This document shows positions 45,028-54,096 of a stretch of 64,000 nt of DNA, one piece after another (position 1 is the stretch's first letter; the number at the start of each line of letters is the position of its first letter). The position numbers and the translations under genes were made by a program. Origin of the DNA: a virus (Duplodnaviria > Heunggongvirae > Uroviricota > Caudoviricetes); the IMG/VR virus record IMGVR_UViG_3300025697_002467; one strand, written 5' to 3'. The notes under the pieces were generated by a model, which saw only the letters and a list, made by a program, of their open reading frames with translations, had not been told where the DNA came from and did not search any database.

Positions 45028-45063
45028 TTACCCCAACAACCCACAAGAAATGAAAACTAAGCC
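45028..45063 (-). promoter_or_regulatory. conserved promoter-like motif, copy 8 (minus-oriented half of a divergent pair)
   Basis: Back-to-back with the inverted copy at 45078..45113. Confidence 0.45.
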
Positions 45064-45077
45064 GAATTTGATTTTTT

Positions 45078-45113
45078 AGCTTAGTTTCGGGTAGTAGTGG
45101 GTTGTTGTAGTAG
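45078..45113 (+). promoter_or_regulatory. conserved promoter-like motif, copy 9 (plus orientation)
   Basis: AGCTTAGTTT-N9-GTGGGTTGTTGTAGTAG sits about 24 nt upstream of the ATG at 45134, the first gene of the plus-strand operon. Confidence 0.5.
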
Positions 45114-45133
45114 AACAAAGAAAGGAAAAGATT

Positions 45134-45820
45134 ATGGATCTTAGTTGCACGACCCCGAAATATAATAAAATATATGCTCCTTGGCTGGCTAATCCAGGTA
45201 AGCTGTTGGATCTGGCCGAATACAAAGTCGGTGATACCCTATTGGATTTGGCCGGTGGGACAGGAGCTATATCTGAAGAAGCTTTACGGCGTATCCATCA
45301 AGAACGAGCCATTCTCAGATTTGATGAAGGTTTGTCTCTTTTGGATATGAACCCTCGTACAAAACATAACAGCATCAAAGTATCAAAAGGATATGTTGAG
45401 AACGTAGACAATATTTACATCAAAGATTCCTTTAATATCGTTGTCTGCCGTCAGGCCGTTGGTTATATTTATATGGATCAAGCCATTCCAGGCATCTGGA
45501 AGGTTCTAAAGTCCGGTGGGCGTTTCGTTTTCAACTCCTTCGGTAAACCCTCACGAACTAGATTCCGATATCACAAAACAAAAAACGGGGTAAGATTTGC
45601 TGAGTTCAGCCTACGAATAGAAGACCATGTTTTCCATATCCAAGCTCGACTCAATCAAAGACCTGGGATAGATTTCTCATGGTTTAAATACTGGTCTGCT
45701 AAAGAACTTCACGATCTTTTAATGCCGTGGTTCAAAGTAGATATTTTTCAGAAACATAATTCATTTAACTGGGTTTGTACTAAAAGAGATTTAGGGCTGC
45801 CCGCAAGGAGAAAAACATGA
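45134..45820 (+). CDS. class I SAM-dependent methyltransferase
   Basis: Motif I LLDLAGGTGAIS. It is the first gene of the plus-strand operon and is preceded by the inverted promoter motif. Confidence 0.7.
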   Translation: MDLSCTTPKYNKIYAPWLANPGKLLDLAEYKVGDTLLDLAGGTGAISEEALRRIHQERAILRFDEGLSLLDMNPRTKHNSIKVSKGYVENVDNIYIKDSFNIVVCRQAVGYIYMDQAIPGIWKVLKSGGRFVFNSFGKPSRTRFRYHKTKNGVRFAEFSLRIEDHVFHIQARLNQRPGIDFSWFKYWSAKELHDLLMPWFKVDIFQKHNSFNWVCTKRDLGLPARRKT

Positions 45821-46020
45821 ATAGTAGTATTGTAATAGGTGTTTTAATAACACTTGGGGTTCTTTTTGTTTGTTTTGAAGGTTTTATGGATAACAATCCT
45901 AAAAATCAGGAGAGCTCCGGGAGAATGGTTCCAACTGGCAAAGATGTGCCGTTTGTTAACAAACGGAATTGTATCGGATTACAAGAAACAGAAAATTCAA
46001 AAGAATCTGGATATCCTTGA
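45817..46020 (+). CDS. small membrane protein
   Basis: ATGA start/stop overlap with the upstream gene; an N-terminal transmembrane helix. Confidence 0.4.
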   Translation: MNSSIVIGVLITLGVLFVCFEGFMDNNPKNQESSGRMVPTGKDVPFVNKRNCIGLQETENSKESGYP

Positions 46021-46129
46021 AAAAGAAAAGGGTCAGATTATCTGGAATAAAAACCACACCAAATACGAAGCTGAGGTAACTCTGGATGCTTTGAAAGAAC
46101 AATACGAGGCATGGGCTTCGGGTAAATAG
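45944..46129 (+). CDS. hypothetical protein (alternative frame; overlaps the 45817..46020 ORF)
   Basis: Internal Met of the listed 45854..46129 ORF; charged C-terminal part. Only one of the two overlapping ORFs is likely real. Confidence 0.3.
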   Translation: MCRLLTNGIVSDYKKQKIQKNLDILEKEKGQIIWNKNHTKYEAEVTLDALKEQYEAWASGK

Positions 46130-46147
46130 CCTAAGAGAGGTACAAGT

Positions 46148-46399
46148 ATGTTGTCCCGTATAAATATGGTTGGAATGTCCCAAGTAGTTTTAGGCATAGC
46201 ATATGATAATGAACAGGCTAATGAGGCATCTGATAAAGCAAGGGATGCCCTGAGCCTTCTTGAAAATCCTATGAACAAAGGGAAAGTCATAGAGATGACA
46301 TGCTTCAACCTGAAGGACGAGAACATACATCGGAAGGCTTTCCAGATGAGACTGTCTACAGAACAGATGGAACGAGTTTTCTTTATCCGATATTTTTGA
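46148..46399 (+). CDS. hypothetical protein
   Basis: ORF of 83 aa. Confidence 0.45.
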   Translation: MLSRINMVGMSQVVLGIAYDNEQANEASDKARDALSLLENPMNKGKVIEMTCFNLKDENIHRKAFQMRLSTEQMERVFFIRYF

Positions 46400-46416
46400 A
46401 ACTGAGGAGACCTTAA

Positions 46417-46749
46417 ATGATAATTAGAATTGAGAAGTCAGGTAATAACTATCGAGCCTATATGAAGGACCTACCAGGAAGTCCTCCTGTTGGGACAGCT
46501 CAGACCCCAGAAAAAGCAGTGGCTGATATGTTTTTCAGGGTACTCCATCCTAATAACCAGAACCCTTGGACACAATACATAGACTTCAAAACTTTAGAAA
46601 TTGAAATGGTTACAGACCCTGGTGAAGATCAACAAACCTTCTGCCACATTTGCGGAGCAGAATGGCACGATAAAAACCCAGCCTGTCCGAACGTAGGTTG
46701 TTCTGATAATCAAGATTTGGAGCAGAGCTTTGATGCAAAAACTAACTGA
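46417..46749 (+). CDS. hypothetical protein
   Basis: ORF of 110 aa with a good RBS (tgaggagaccttaaatg). Confidence 0.5.
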   Translation: MIIRIEKSGNNYRAYMKDLPGSPPVGTAQTPEKAVADMFFRVLHPNNQNPWTQYIDFKTLEIEMVTDPGEDQQTFCHICGAEWHDKNPACPNVGCSDNQDLEQSFDAKTN

Positions 46750-47350
46750 TTCAGACCTTGTTTTTCAGGAGCACAAAGAAGAGGTTGTAGAATATCTGGT
46801 ACACCGAGGATTCACCGTCAGGGAGGGAGCTGATGCTCTTACCCTTGTGGTCAGTAAAAACGAGCTGGAAATCCTAACATTTTGGTGGGACACTGAGAAA
46901 GAAGCCTGGAGTCCTTGGTTTATGGGTCCTCCTATCAGAACCCTGAAAGATCTCGATGTAGTTATAAACTCAGCCAATGCTAATGAGGAGACTCTCAGAT
47001 TAGTTGATAAAACTTGGGAGGTGTATCTCAACCATGAAAACGATGAAAATTGGATGAGTTATCTCGGTTCTCAATGTCCTTTTTACCAGAAGGCTAATAC
47101 TTGGGGTAGTATACTGGATGAAATGTCGGAGGATCTTGAGGCAATAAAAAAACTGGCACTTAAAGCAGCCGATATGTTGTGGAATCGAGGAAAAGGACAT
47201 TTAGGTTATATATCCCTGAACGACCCCTCCATGTCAATAAAACCAAAGACTCAAGGATTCACGGTAGATGACCTATTCCAAATGAACCAGAAGATATATG
47301 ACCTACTAGGAAAGATTGGATACCCTGAGAAGGAAAAGAAAAATGATTGA
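46730..47350 (+). CDS. hypothetical protein
   Basis: ORF of 206 aa. Confidence 0.5.
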   Translation: MMQKLTDSDLVFQEHKEEVVEYLVHRGFTVREGADALTLVVSKNELEILTFWWDTEKEAWSPWFMGPPIRTLKDLDVVINSANANEETLRLVDKTWEVYLNHENDENWMSYLGSQCPFYQKANTWGSILDEMSEDLEAIKKLALKAADMLWNRGKGHLGYISLNDPSMSIKPKTQGFTVDDLFQMNQKIYDLLGKIGYPEKEKKND

Positions 47351-47582
47351 CTTAACTAAAGGACAAACCTTGTTTCTCGACCAAATGACTCGAAAACTCT
47401 TGGTAGGTTGGTGTGACAAATCTCTCCAAGGTGTTCGTTTTATGGAAGTGACTGAGATCGAAACTAAGAAAGAACATAAAGTTTATTTAGAATACGCTCA
47501 AAAGAAAGGTTTTGTCTCTGCTGATGGAACCCGTATTCTTGCCAAAGGGTGGCAAGCTGCCACCAGTTTTCTTAAACGATAG
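47343..47582 (+). CDS. hypothetical protein
   Basis: Internal Met MIDLTKGQ of the listed 47316..47582 ORF. Confidence 0.4.
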   Translation: MIDLTKGQTLFLDQMTRKLLVGWCDKSLQGVRFMEVTEIETKKEHKVYLEYAQKKGFVSADGTRILAKGWQAATSFLKR

Positions 47583-47592
47583 GAGAAGTACT

Positions 47593-47874
47593 ATGAACAA
47601 GATGCTTAAGAAAGACCTGTTAGCCGATCTGGCCACGACAACTAACATGAGCCAAACTCAAGTTGATGCCGTCCTGACCAGCTTGGCCAAACTTGTTGCC
47701 ACGCAAACTCTCGAAAACGACACTGCCGTTGTTATCATGGGTTTGGGGACATTCACACCGAACTTCAAGAAAGCACGTACTGGCCGTAATCCTGCTACAG
47801 GAGCACCTCTGCAAATTGCAGCCAAGACCGTTATCAAGTTCAAGCCCGTTGCAAGTCTGGTCAAAGCCGGTTAA
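47593..47874 (+). CDS. HU/IHF-family DNA-binding protein
   Basis: MNKMLKKDLLADLA...GLGTFTPNFKKARTGRNPATGAPLQIAAKTVIKFKPVASLVKAG carries the RNPxTG arm motif of HU. RBS aggagaagtactatg. Confidence 0.85.
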   Translation: MNKMLKKDLLADLATTTNMSQTQVDAVLTSLAKLVATQTLENDTAVVIMGLGTFTPNFKKARTGRNPATGAPLQIAAKTVIKFKPVASLVKAG

Positions 47875-47894
47875 CACGCCTTTCCAGTTCTAAA

Positions 47895-47929
47895 CCCACA
47901 GGCAGTCTAATCTGCCTGTGGGTATTTTT
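47895..47929 (+). terminator. rho-independent terminator (plus strand)
   Basis: Perfect 11-bp stem CCCACAGGCAG/CTGCCTGTGGG with a 6-nt loop, followed by TATTTTT. Confidence 0.6.
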
Positions 47930-48395
47930 GGAGAAAATGGTTATGATAGCCTTTATTACAGAAATACTTACGACAAAAATATACCCTTATGCCTTACCTT
48001 ATCTATTGATCATTATGGCTATGGTTGTAGCCAAGATCATAATGTACAGATCCAAAAAACCCCAAACGGGTGTTGAATGCATTACAAAAGAACGGCAGTT
48101 TCAAAAGAACATTGGGTTTAATGATAAACATGATGATACTCAGATTCAAAGAGAACTTGTCCAGCTTGGGGTGGCATATGCATCCCACGGAGTCCCTATG
48201 AAATCCTATGAGCCAGAGTTATGGGACGGGGTTGGGTTTTTCCCAAATGGTTGGGATTATTCCCTATGGAATCCCTCTGAAGTAGACCCTAAAGACATGA
48301 CTATCGATGGCCGTATCCGACATCTGACTATTGCAGGTGCTTTAATGGCAGCTGAAATTGATAGACTCGAACGCCAAAAGAAAAAACAAATCTAA
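47928..48395 (+). CDS. membrane protein
   Basis: Two N-terminal transmembrane helices in 155 aa. Confidence 0.5.
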   Translation: MEKMVMIAFITEILTTKIYPYALPYLLIIMAMVVAKIIMYRSKKPQTGVECITKERQFQKNIGFNDKHDDTQIQRELVQLGVAYASHGVPMKSYEPELWDGVGFFPNGWDYSLWNPSEVDPKDMTIDGRIRHLTIAGALMAAEIDRLERQKKKQI

Positions 48396-48429
48396 CACCA
48401 AACCTTCAGAAACGAAATAGGTTCATTAT

Positions 48430-48945
48430 ATGATTGACTTAGTAGTGATGGATCTTTCTGATGATAAAGTGTTAGACATAATGGCAACCTACAGTAAAAC
48501 CATTCTACATAAGATGTTCCGTAATGGAATGCAGTTGATGTCCGAACTTACCAGTGAACAATGCATTCAGGATAACTGTCCCGGACTCTGCTGTTCCCCA
48601 GAACAATGTGAAATTGTAAAAAATGATTTAGATGGCCAAGGGGTAAAGTATGAAACAGGCACCGACCCACGGATGCCCTTCTTGACCGAAACTGGTTGTA
48701 TCTTAGAACCTTGGCAAAGGCCAATATGCACTTTACATATTTGTGATAAGCTTCTTGTGGTTGATACAGAGTTCTACGACAGATATTTTCATCTTCGGTC
48801 AAACTTGGATCTTTTAATGTATTTGCTAGATGAGGATGATGAATGTCTGAAAAAACAAATATGCAGTTGGCCAAAGCCCTCCGAATCATCGGAAACCTCC
48901 TCAAAGGGAATTCAGGATCTGATAAAAAAGCTGAAGAATTTCTAA
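48430..48945 (+). CDS. hypothetical Cys-rich protein
   Basis: ORF of 171 aa with multiple CxxC and CC pairs. Confidence 0.5.
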   Translation: MIDLVVMDLSDDKVLDIMATYSKTILHKMFRNGMQLMSELTSEQCIQDNCPGLCCSPEQCEIVKNDLDGQGVKYETGTDPRMPFLTETGCILEPWQRPICTLHICDKLLVVDTEFYDRYFHLRSNLDLLMYLLDEDDECLKKQICSWPKPSESSETSSKGIQDLIKKLKNF

Positions 48946-49055
48946 AAAGTGTTGAATCTCACGAAATCTTATTGAATCCGCTGGAGACGACTACAACAGT
49001 AAAACCACACTGGTTCCAAAGCAATTCTATTTGGGGGAACACCGATGGCAAATAA
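48843..49055 (+). CDS. hypothetical protein (overlaps the preceding ORF)
   Basis: ORF of 70 aa in an alternative frame. Confidence 0.3.
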   Translation: MSEKTNMQLAKALRIIGNLLKGNSGSDKKAEEFLKSVESHEILLNPLETTTTVKPHWFQSNSIWGNTDGK

Positions 49056-49410
49056 AGGATACTACACAATTATCCAATATATCCCTGACCAAGGACGACT
49101 CGAATCTGTCAATATAGGTGTTGTCTTGGTTATTCCTGATCTGGAGTATGTTGGGGTTTCTTCAGGCTACCCAAATAGCTATCATAGAGCTCATGCATTT
49201 TTCCCTGATGTAGATTTAAGCTGGTTATCAACAGCTATGGACAGTTTGACTAATAGAATACGTATAACATCCCCCACAAAGCTCGAATTTGGCTCTCTAA
49301 TCAACACTAGAGCCAATGAACTCAGAATGACACCCCTTCGGGCTATGAAGGTCATAGAGAAGCCCTCAGAAGCTCTGAAGAAACTCAAAGCAGAACTCGT
49401 TGATGTCTAA
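49045..49410 (+). CDS. DUF3037-like hypothetical protein
   Basis: N-terminus YYTIIQYIPDQGRLESVNIGVVLV resembles the DUF3037 signature. Confidence 0.4.
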   Translation: MANKGYYTIIQYIPDQGRLESVNIGVVLVIPDLEYVGVSSGYPNSYHRAHAFFPDVDLSWLSTAMDSLTNRIRITSPTKLEFGSLINTRANELRMTPLRAMKVIEKPSEALKKLKAELVDV

Positions 49411-49455
49411 CCAATAAAAATATCTCTCCTTAAAATTTAGGGTAAATAACATCAC

Positions 49456-49490
49456 GGCTTAGTTTTCGTTTCCCGTGGGTTGTTGAAGTG
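49456..49490 (+). promoter_or_regulatory. conserved promoter-like motif, copy 10 (plus orientation)
   Basis: GGCTTAGTTT-N9-GTGGGTTGTTGAAGTG sits about 40 nt upstream of the ATG at 49526. Confidence 0.5.
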
Positions 49491-49525
49491 TAAAGAGTTC
49501 AGTAACTCAAAAATAAGGTTTTGAT

Positions 49526-49738
49526 ATGAAAGACCCTTTTAAAATTAACCCTTTCGGAAATTTAACCGATCAGGAACAGAAAGCTTATAACAATATACGC
49601 CTATACCAAGAGAATGGTTGGTTTATAGCAAGCTGGATTCCCGGAGGTGTTAGTGGCCGATTGATTGATAACGGTAAAAATGAGACACAAACTATGAAAG
49701 ATGCTATTAAAAAAGCCATTGATTTAGGATTAATATAG
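49526..49738 (+). CDS. hypothetical protein
   Basis: ORF of 70 aa preceded by the promoter motif. Confidence 0.45.
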   Translation: MKDPFKINPFGNLTDQEQKAYNNIRLYQENGWFIASWIPGGVSGRLIDNGKNETQTMKDAIKKAIDLGLI

Positions 49739-49741
49739 GAG

Positions 49742-50389
49742 ATGGACATGAGAAGTATAAAAATACGTGACCCTTTGGTATTGGAATGTATTGAATACAT
49801 GAAAAGAATGCACGAAGGACAGGTCAGAAGGGTTAACAAAACACCCTTCTATATTCATCCTCTCAGGGTCCTTGAGCTTCTGGAAGAAGCACCGTTCTTT
49901 TTCTCAGCCCGTGACAAATGTGCTGCCCTACTTCATGACGTGAAAGAAGACAGCCCCCTATTCTCGTGGGACGAGATTGTGGACAAATTCAGTCCGTGGG
50001 TGGCCGGTGTAGTTGCCCTGCTTTCCAAAGCAAAACTAGGTGAAACACAACCCGCTGTCTATTTCCATATGCTCCGGCATACCCATCCTAACATTATTGC
50101 AATCAAGATATGTGACCGTATCAGTAATACTGAGGATTTCAATATTATCACGGATGCTGTTTGGTTGGAGAAATACCTCTCTGAAACAATAGAACTCGTA
50201 CATCCCCTGATTCAACTACTGGTTGCCCGTGGAAGTATGATGTCTCCACAAGGTTACTTCAAATTGGGAGTCTGGCTTGAGAAAAAACTTCAACATAACC
50301 TACACGGTATGCAAGTCCGACTCAGAGAACTCCAAGTTGTTGAAATGGAAAAAGAAATACAAAAAGCAGACCCTTCGGACAAGAAATAG
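49742..50389 (+). CDS. RelA/SpoT-type HD-domain small alarmone hydrolase (SAH)
   Basis: MHEGQVRRVNKTPFYIHPLRVLELL...AALLHDVKEDS matches the (p)ppGpp-hydrolase HD core (HxGQxR...HPL...AALLHDxxED). Confidence 0.8.
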   Translation: MDMRSIKIRDPLVLECIEYMKRMHEGQVRRVNKTPFYIHPLRVLELLEEAPFFFSARDKCAALLHDVKEDSPLFSWDEIVDKFSPWVAGVVALLSKAKLGETQPAVYFHMLRHTHPNIIAIKICDRISNTEDFNIITDAVWLEKYLSETIELVHPLIQLLVARGSMMSPQGYFKLGVWLEKKLQHNLHGMQVRLRELQVVEMEKEIQKADPSDKK

Positions 50390-50506
50390 GACTCATTATT
50401 GACCCTATAAGCTGCTTTTAGGAAAGGTTACGATAAACCTTTAGACTATAAATCTCTATTCAGGAGATATATTTATCTTAAACTCAACCCTTCACATTTC
50501 AATGCC

Positions 50507-50541
50507 GCATCCCCCAACATTGGGGGATGCCCATAGTTTTA
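50507..50541 (+). terminator. terminator-like hairpin (plus strand)
   Basis: A 10-bp stem GCATCCCCCA/TGGGGGATGC followed by CCATAGTTTTAT. Confidence 0.45.
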
Positions 50542-50940
50542 TGCTTGAGCCTCTTTTAACTACCGCCACTCAGGACCTCTCCAGAACCCCCACCGATCTC
50601 AACTGAGATTCACAATGTATTGTTGGATACAAATGATGCCCTTATGGGTACAGGCCACTATTCTTATCGGGATCACCGGATTTTTATTCGGCTCGATTCG
50701 TTGGTTTTTTAACCTAATTACACCCCCAAAGAAAAAATCCGCAAGGGGTAAGAAATAAGAGTTAAATCTTATTTTGGCAGATTATCTGCCAATTGGGGAA
50801 AGCAAAGAGTTTTCAAAGACTTAGGTCTTCTCAGCTCTTAGTGTCCTGCCCACTCCTGGGCAGTGTGACTTTTAGGCATAAAAAAACGGCCAAAACCCCC
50901 AGTTAGGGATTTTGACCGTGTGTGTGTTAAGGAGTTTGGT

Positions 50941-51483
50941 TTACAGTACTTTACGAATGCTCCCGCCCGATATCTTCAAAGCCCCGGGTGCTATTTTCTT
51001 AATAGAAGCTAAGATGGAAACCACTACAGCATCATAAGGTTTTCGAGCAGTCTTACAAAAAGCAAAAGCATTGGTGGTTTCTTTTTGCATGTAGAAAGAC
51101 TCATGAGAAAGATCATCTGGACCATCTGGACCGATATATTTCTTATTACCGTTCAGAGAGATAAGTTTATTATTCAGGATAGGTTTGCCTGTACCGAAAG
51201 GTCCGAAAATCTGAATGCCATCAAGAGCAATTTCTTCATCGTAATAATCCCCAGAAGGTGCTTTCAATTTTGTTGTTCTAGCAGCTTTGGCAATGATCTG
51301 TTTTGACACCTGTATGATCTTAGACCATTCCTGATCGGTAAAAGGACGGAGGATATCCCAATAATGGGTGTAACCTGCCTGCTTGGTCGTTGAGGTTTCT
51401 TTCAAAATCGGGACTAAATGTTCCCGGATACCGTCAGGATTGTCGTTGGCTAATTTTACTAATTTGTTTCGTAAGTTACTCAT
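50941..51483 (-). CDS. hypothetical protein (tandem paralog A)
   Basis: Internal Met MSNLRNKLVKLANDNPDGIREHLVP of the listed 50941..51522 ORF; homologous to the C-terminal half of the 51488..52813 product. Confidence 0.5.
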   Translation of the reverse strand: MSNLRNKLVKLANDNPDGIREHLVPILKETSTTKQAGYTHYWDILRPFTDQEWSKIIQVSKQIIAKAARTTKLKAPSGDYYDEEIALDGIQIFGPFGTGKPILNNKLISLNGNKKYIGPDGPDDLSHESFYMQKETTNAFAFCKTARKPYDAVVVSILASIKKIAPGALKISGGSIRKVL

Positions 51484-51487
51484 AGTG

Positions 51488-52813
51488 TTACCCTTCCAAG
51501 GCTTTATCAAAAAATTTGGCAATATTTAAAGAAGTTGCTGCCTGTGTAGACAGTTTAACTTTTTCATCTACATATTTTCCAAATGCTGTTAGGTTCACAG
51601 TGTTATTATCATAATTGGGGAAAACACCCAATGTGATTTTCACAATATCAACCTTCGTATGGATATACAACCGAGGTATCCTGACTTCAATACTTAATAT
51701 TTTCACAGGAGTATGCATCTTGGTTATGATTGTTTTAGCCATGTCGTTCATCATTTTCTCATAAGAACCGAGAATTGTCTCACCACCAGCATAAATGCGT
51801 TTAATGGCACTCGATCCACCATCAGATGACACCCTCACTGACTTAGGAGCTATCTTCTTAATTGCTGCCAAAATAGAAACTATGACAGCATCATAAGGAC
51901 GCTGTTCAGTTTTGCAGAATTCATTCTGCTCTGTCGGGTACTTGGATACAAGAAAACCCTCATACTGGTCATCAGTAGAACGATCACCGTTTATTAAAAT
52001 CTCCTTATTCGTCAAGATCGGTGACCCTGTACCCATCCCATTACGAATGATAATCCCGTCTTTTTTAGCTTTTCCGATTATCTGTTTTGTAACCCGAATA
52101 ATCTTAGACCACTCTTGATCAGTGAAAGGCTCTGTCCAATGATGTTCTGGAGTTGTTTGATACTCCAAGTAGTGAGTGTAACCGGCCTGCTTGGCCATTG
52201 AAGCCTCTTTAGGCTCTCCTACAGGACCGTCACCGTTGGCATCTCCGTTGGCATCTCCCTTGCCTTTACCCTTGGATTTTGTTTTGTTGCCTGGATCGGC
52301 ACATTCAGCACTCTTTAACAAAGGAACCAAATGCTCCCGAATACCATCAGGGTTATCGTTGGCTAATTTTACTAATTTTTCTCTTAAATTACTCATAGTG
52401 TTTCCTTCTTTTTGTCGAGGTCTTTTTAGAAAAATCTTTAAATGCTTTATCAAACCACGGGCAATCTTCTGACCTGTAGCATCTGTTAAATTATTAAACG
52501 ATAAAACATACTTATCTGATTTCTCAACCCCATACCGTTTATCAGCTATATTAGCATGTATCTCAATGTCATTAAGACTCAAATCCTGATGAAAAGAATT
52601 CAAATGGTATGCAATGCTAAATAGAAAATGACCGTGAGTAGCATCATAACCCTTAGCTACCATCTGAAACATAATCTTATTCTCAAGATAATTGTTTGCA
52701 AAATCAAAATGAGTCACTTTACCATAGGAACGTAAAGCTTTCTGAACCTGTACCCAGACATGCTTCACAACCTGCTTTGTAACAAAATTCATTTTAAAAG
52801 CGGACCTATCCAT
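51488..52813 (-). CDS. hypothetical protein (441 aa): N-terminal domain fused to a copy of the paralog A domain
   Basis: Contains the internal ...KEGNTMSNLREKLVKLANDNPDGIREHLVP repeat of the downstream gene's start context, plus a Gly/Asp/Ala/Asn-rich low-complexity linker. Confidence 0.55.
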   Translation of the reverse strand: MDRSAFKMNFVTKQVVKHVWVQVQKALRSYGKVTHFDFANNYLENKIMFQMVAKGYDATHGHFLFSIAYHLNSFHQDLSLNDIEIHANIADKRYGVEKSDKYVLSFNNLTDATGQKIARGLIKHLKIFLKRPRQKEGNTMSNLREKLVKLANDNPDGIREHLVPLLKSAECADPGNKTKSKGKGKGDANGDANGDGPVGEPKEASMAKQAGYTHYLEYQTTPEHHWTEPFTDQEWSKIIRVTKQIIGKAKKDGIIIRNGMGTGSPILTNKEILINGDRSTDDQYEGFLVSKYPTEQNEFCKTEQRPYDAVIVSILAAIKKIAPKSVRVSSDGGSSAIKRIYAGGETILGSYEKMMNDMAKTIITKMHTPVKILSIEVRIPRLYIHTKVDIVKITLGVFPNYDNNTVNLTAFGKYVDEKVKLSTQAATSLNIAKFFDKALEG

Positions 52814-52816
52814 AAC

Positions 52817-53263
52817 TTATAAACCCCATACCTTTTTAGTTAACTGTCTGACTTGTAATCGAACCGCCTCAGATATATCAGCAAGACCCCAATTCTTATC
52901 TATCAAATAAGACATCGGATAATTCTCAACATCTTCAACATTCCGGCCATGATGATAATCACGAATCCTAATGGTAATTTTGACACCCCTCCCATCAAAC
53001 AACCATGTGGCACTGATAATAGAAGGAATCTTACCGGTATCCAGCTCTAAACTCCAAATCCAACCATTAGCTAACTTGATAGTCTTCAAGTCATCAAAGC
53101 CAATGTCTTCAAATACCTTGAACAACATTCGATTATTAATTACAGAATACAAATCCTTCTCAGCCTTAACAAAACCACGGCTAAGGAGCTCTGATAAATG
53201 ATCTGACATACCATTAGAGGAAGAACTCAGGATAGTCTTGTAATCTTGTATAGATAAACTCAT
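52817..53263 (-). CDS. hypothetical protein
   Basis: ORF of 148 aa. Confidence 0.5.
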   Translation of the reverse strand: MSLSIQDYKTILSSSSNGMSDHLSELLSRGFVKAEKDLYSVINNRMLFKVFEDIGFDDLKTIKLANGWIWSLELDTGKIPSIISATWLFDGRGVKITIRIRDYHHGRNVEDVENYPMSYLIDKNWGLADISEAVRLQVRQLTKKVWGL

Positions 53264-53267
53264 TTTA

Positions 53268-53648
53268 TTACTCCTTCAAAGCCTCTACAGTAGCACGTAT
53301 AACATGATTAACTATGGTCTCGGCCATAGCAGCCGGAGGGATATTATAATCAATCTTGAAGTCAGGAAGCTTCTCTTTGGAAATACCCTTAACTTCTCCC
53401 CGGAACTGGACGAACCCAGTTGCAGTAAAATAATGTAAAATAACATCAACAGACTCAGAACCCAATTTCAACGTGAAACCTAACCGGCTATTAAGCAGAG
53501 CCGTCAATTTCACAAGAGATACTTTACGGTCACGCCTGAGTTCCATTCCTATAAACGGCCATAGTGTCTTGTCAACAAACTCAGGATACATATCCACAAA
53601 AGGTGCATCCCGAACTGCCAGTTTTTGATATTCACTTATAGGTAACAT
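53268..53648 (-). CDS. hypothetical protein
   Basis: ORF of 126 aa. Confidence 0.5.
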   Translation of the reverse strand: MLPISEYQKLAVRDAPFVDMYPEFVDKTLWPFIGMELRRDRKVSLVKLTALLNSRLGFTLKLGSESVDVILHYFTATGFVQFRGEVKGISKEKLPDFKIDYNIPPAAMAETIVNHVIRATVEALKE

Positions 53649-53880
53649 CTCAGGTTACTCCTTACAAAATATAAGACTTCCTACCAAAGGGTATCCTATA
53701 AGGGAAAAATTGCCAATAGAATAATACACCAACCCTCATATTTATAGTTAGGGAAAAAACTCGTATTACAGGTATTCAAAGAAACACTCCGCCGCCGGGA
53801 AAAATTAGTTCAAAATAAAAATCGAATATACGATATCACAAATCCCGTTTCAAAAAAGCTCTCATATAAAGGGCCCTTCT

Positions 53881-54096
53881 CTAAGGGAACCTTAGTCTAT
53901 TGATTCTCTCCTGCAACTCATTCCATTCTTCTTCCTCAGTAGGGTCGTCAGGATTCCAAGGGTTCTCCATCCTACAGTATGCCTTCTCATATTCTTCTGG
54001 GGAACGGTCTGGTATCTTAAACATATCTACACCTCCTGTATAGTATACGATCATAGAACGGATTCGTGACAAACAAAGGGGATTCCAATACCCCAT
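53881..54096 (-). CDS. hypothetical acidic small protein
   Basis: ORF of 71 aa. Confidence 0.35.
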   Translation of the reverse strand: MGYWNPLCLSRIRSMIVYYTGGVDMFKIPDRSPEEYEKAYCRMENPWNPDDPTEEEEWNELQERINRLRFP

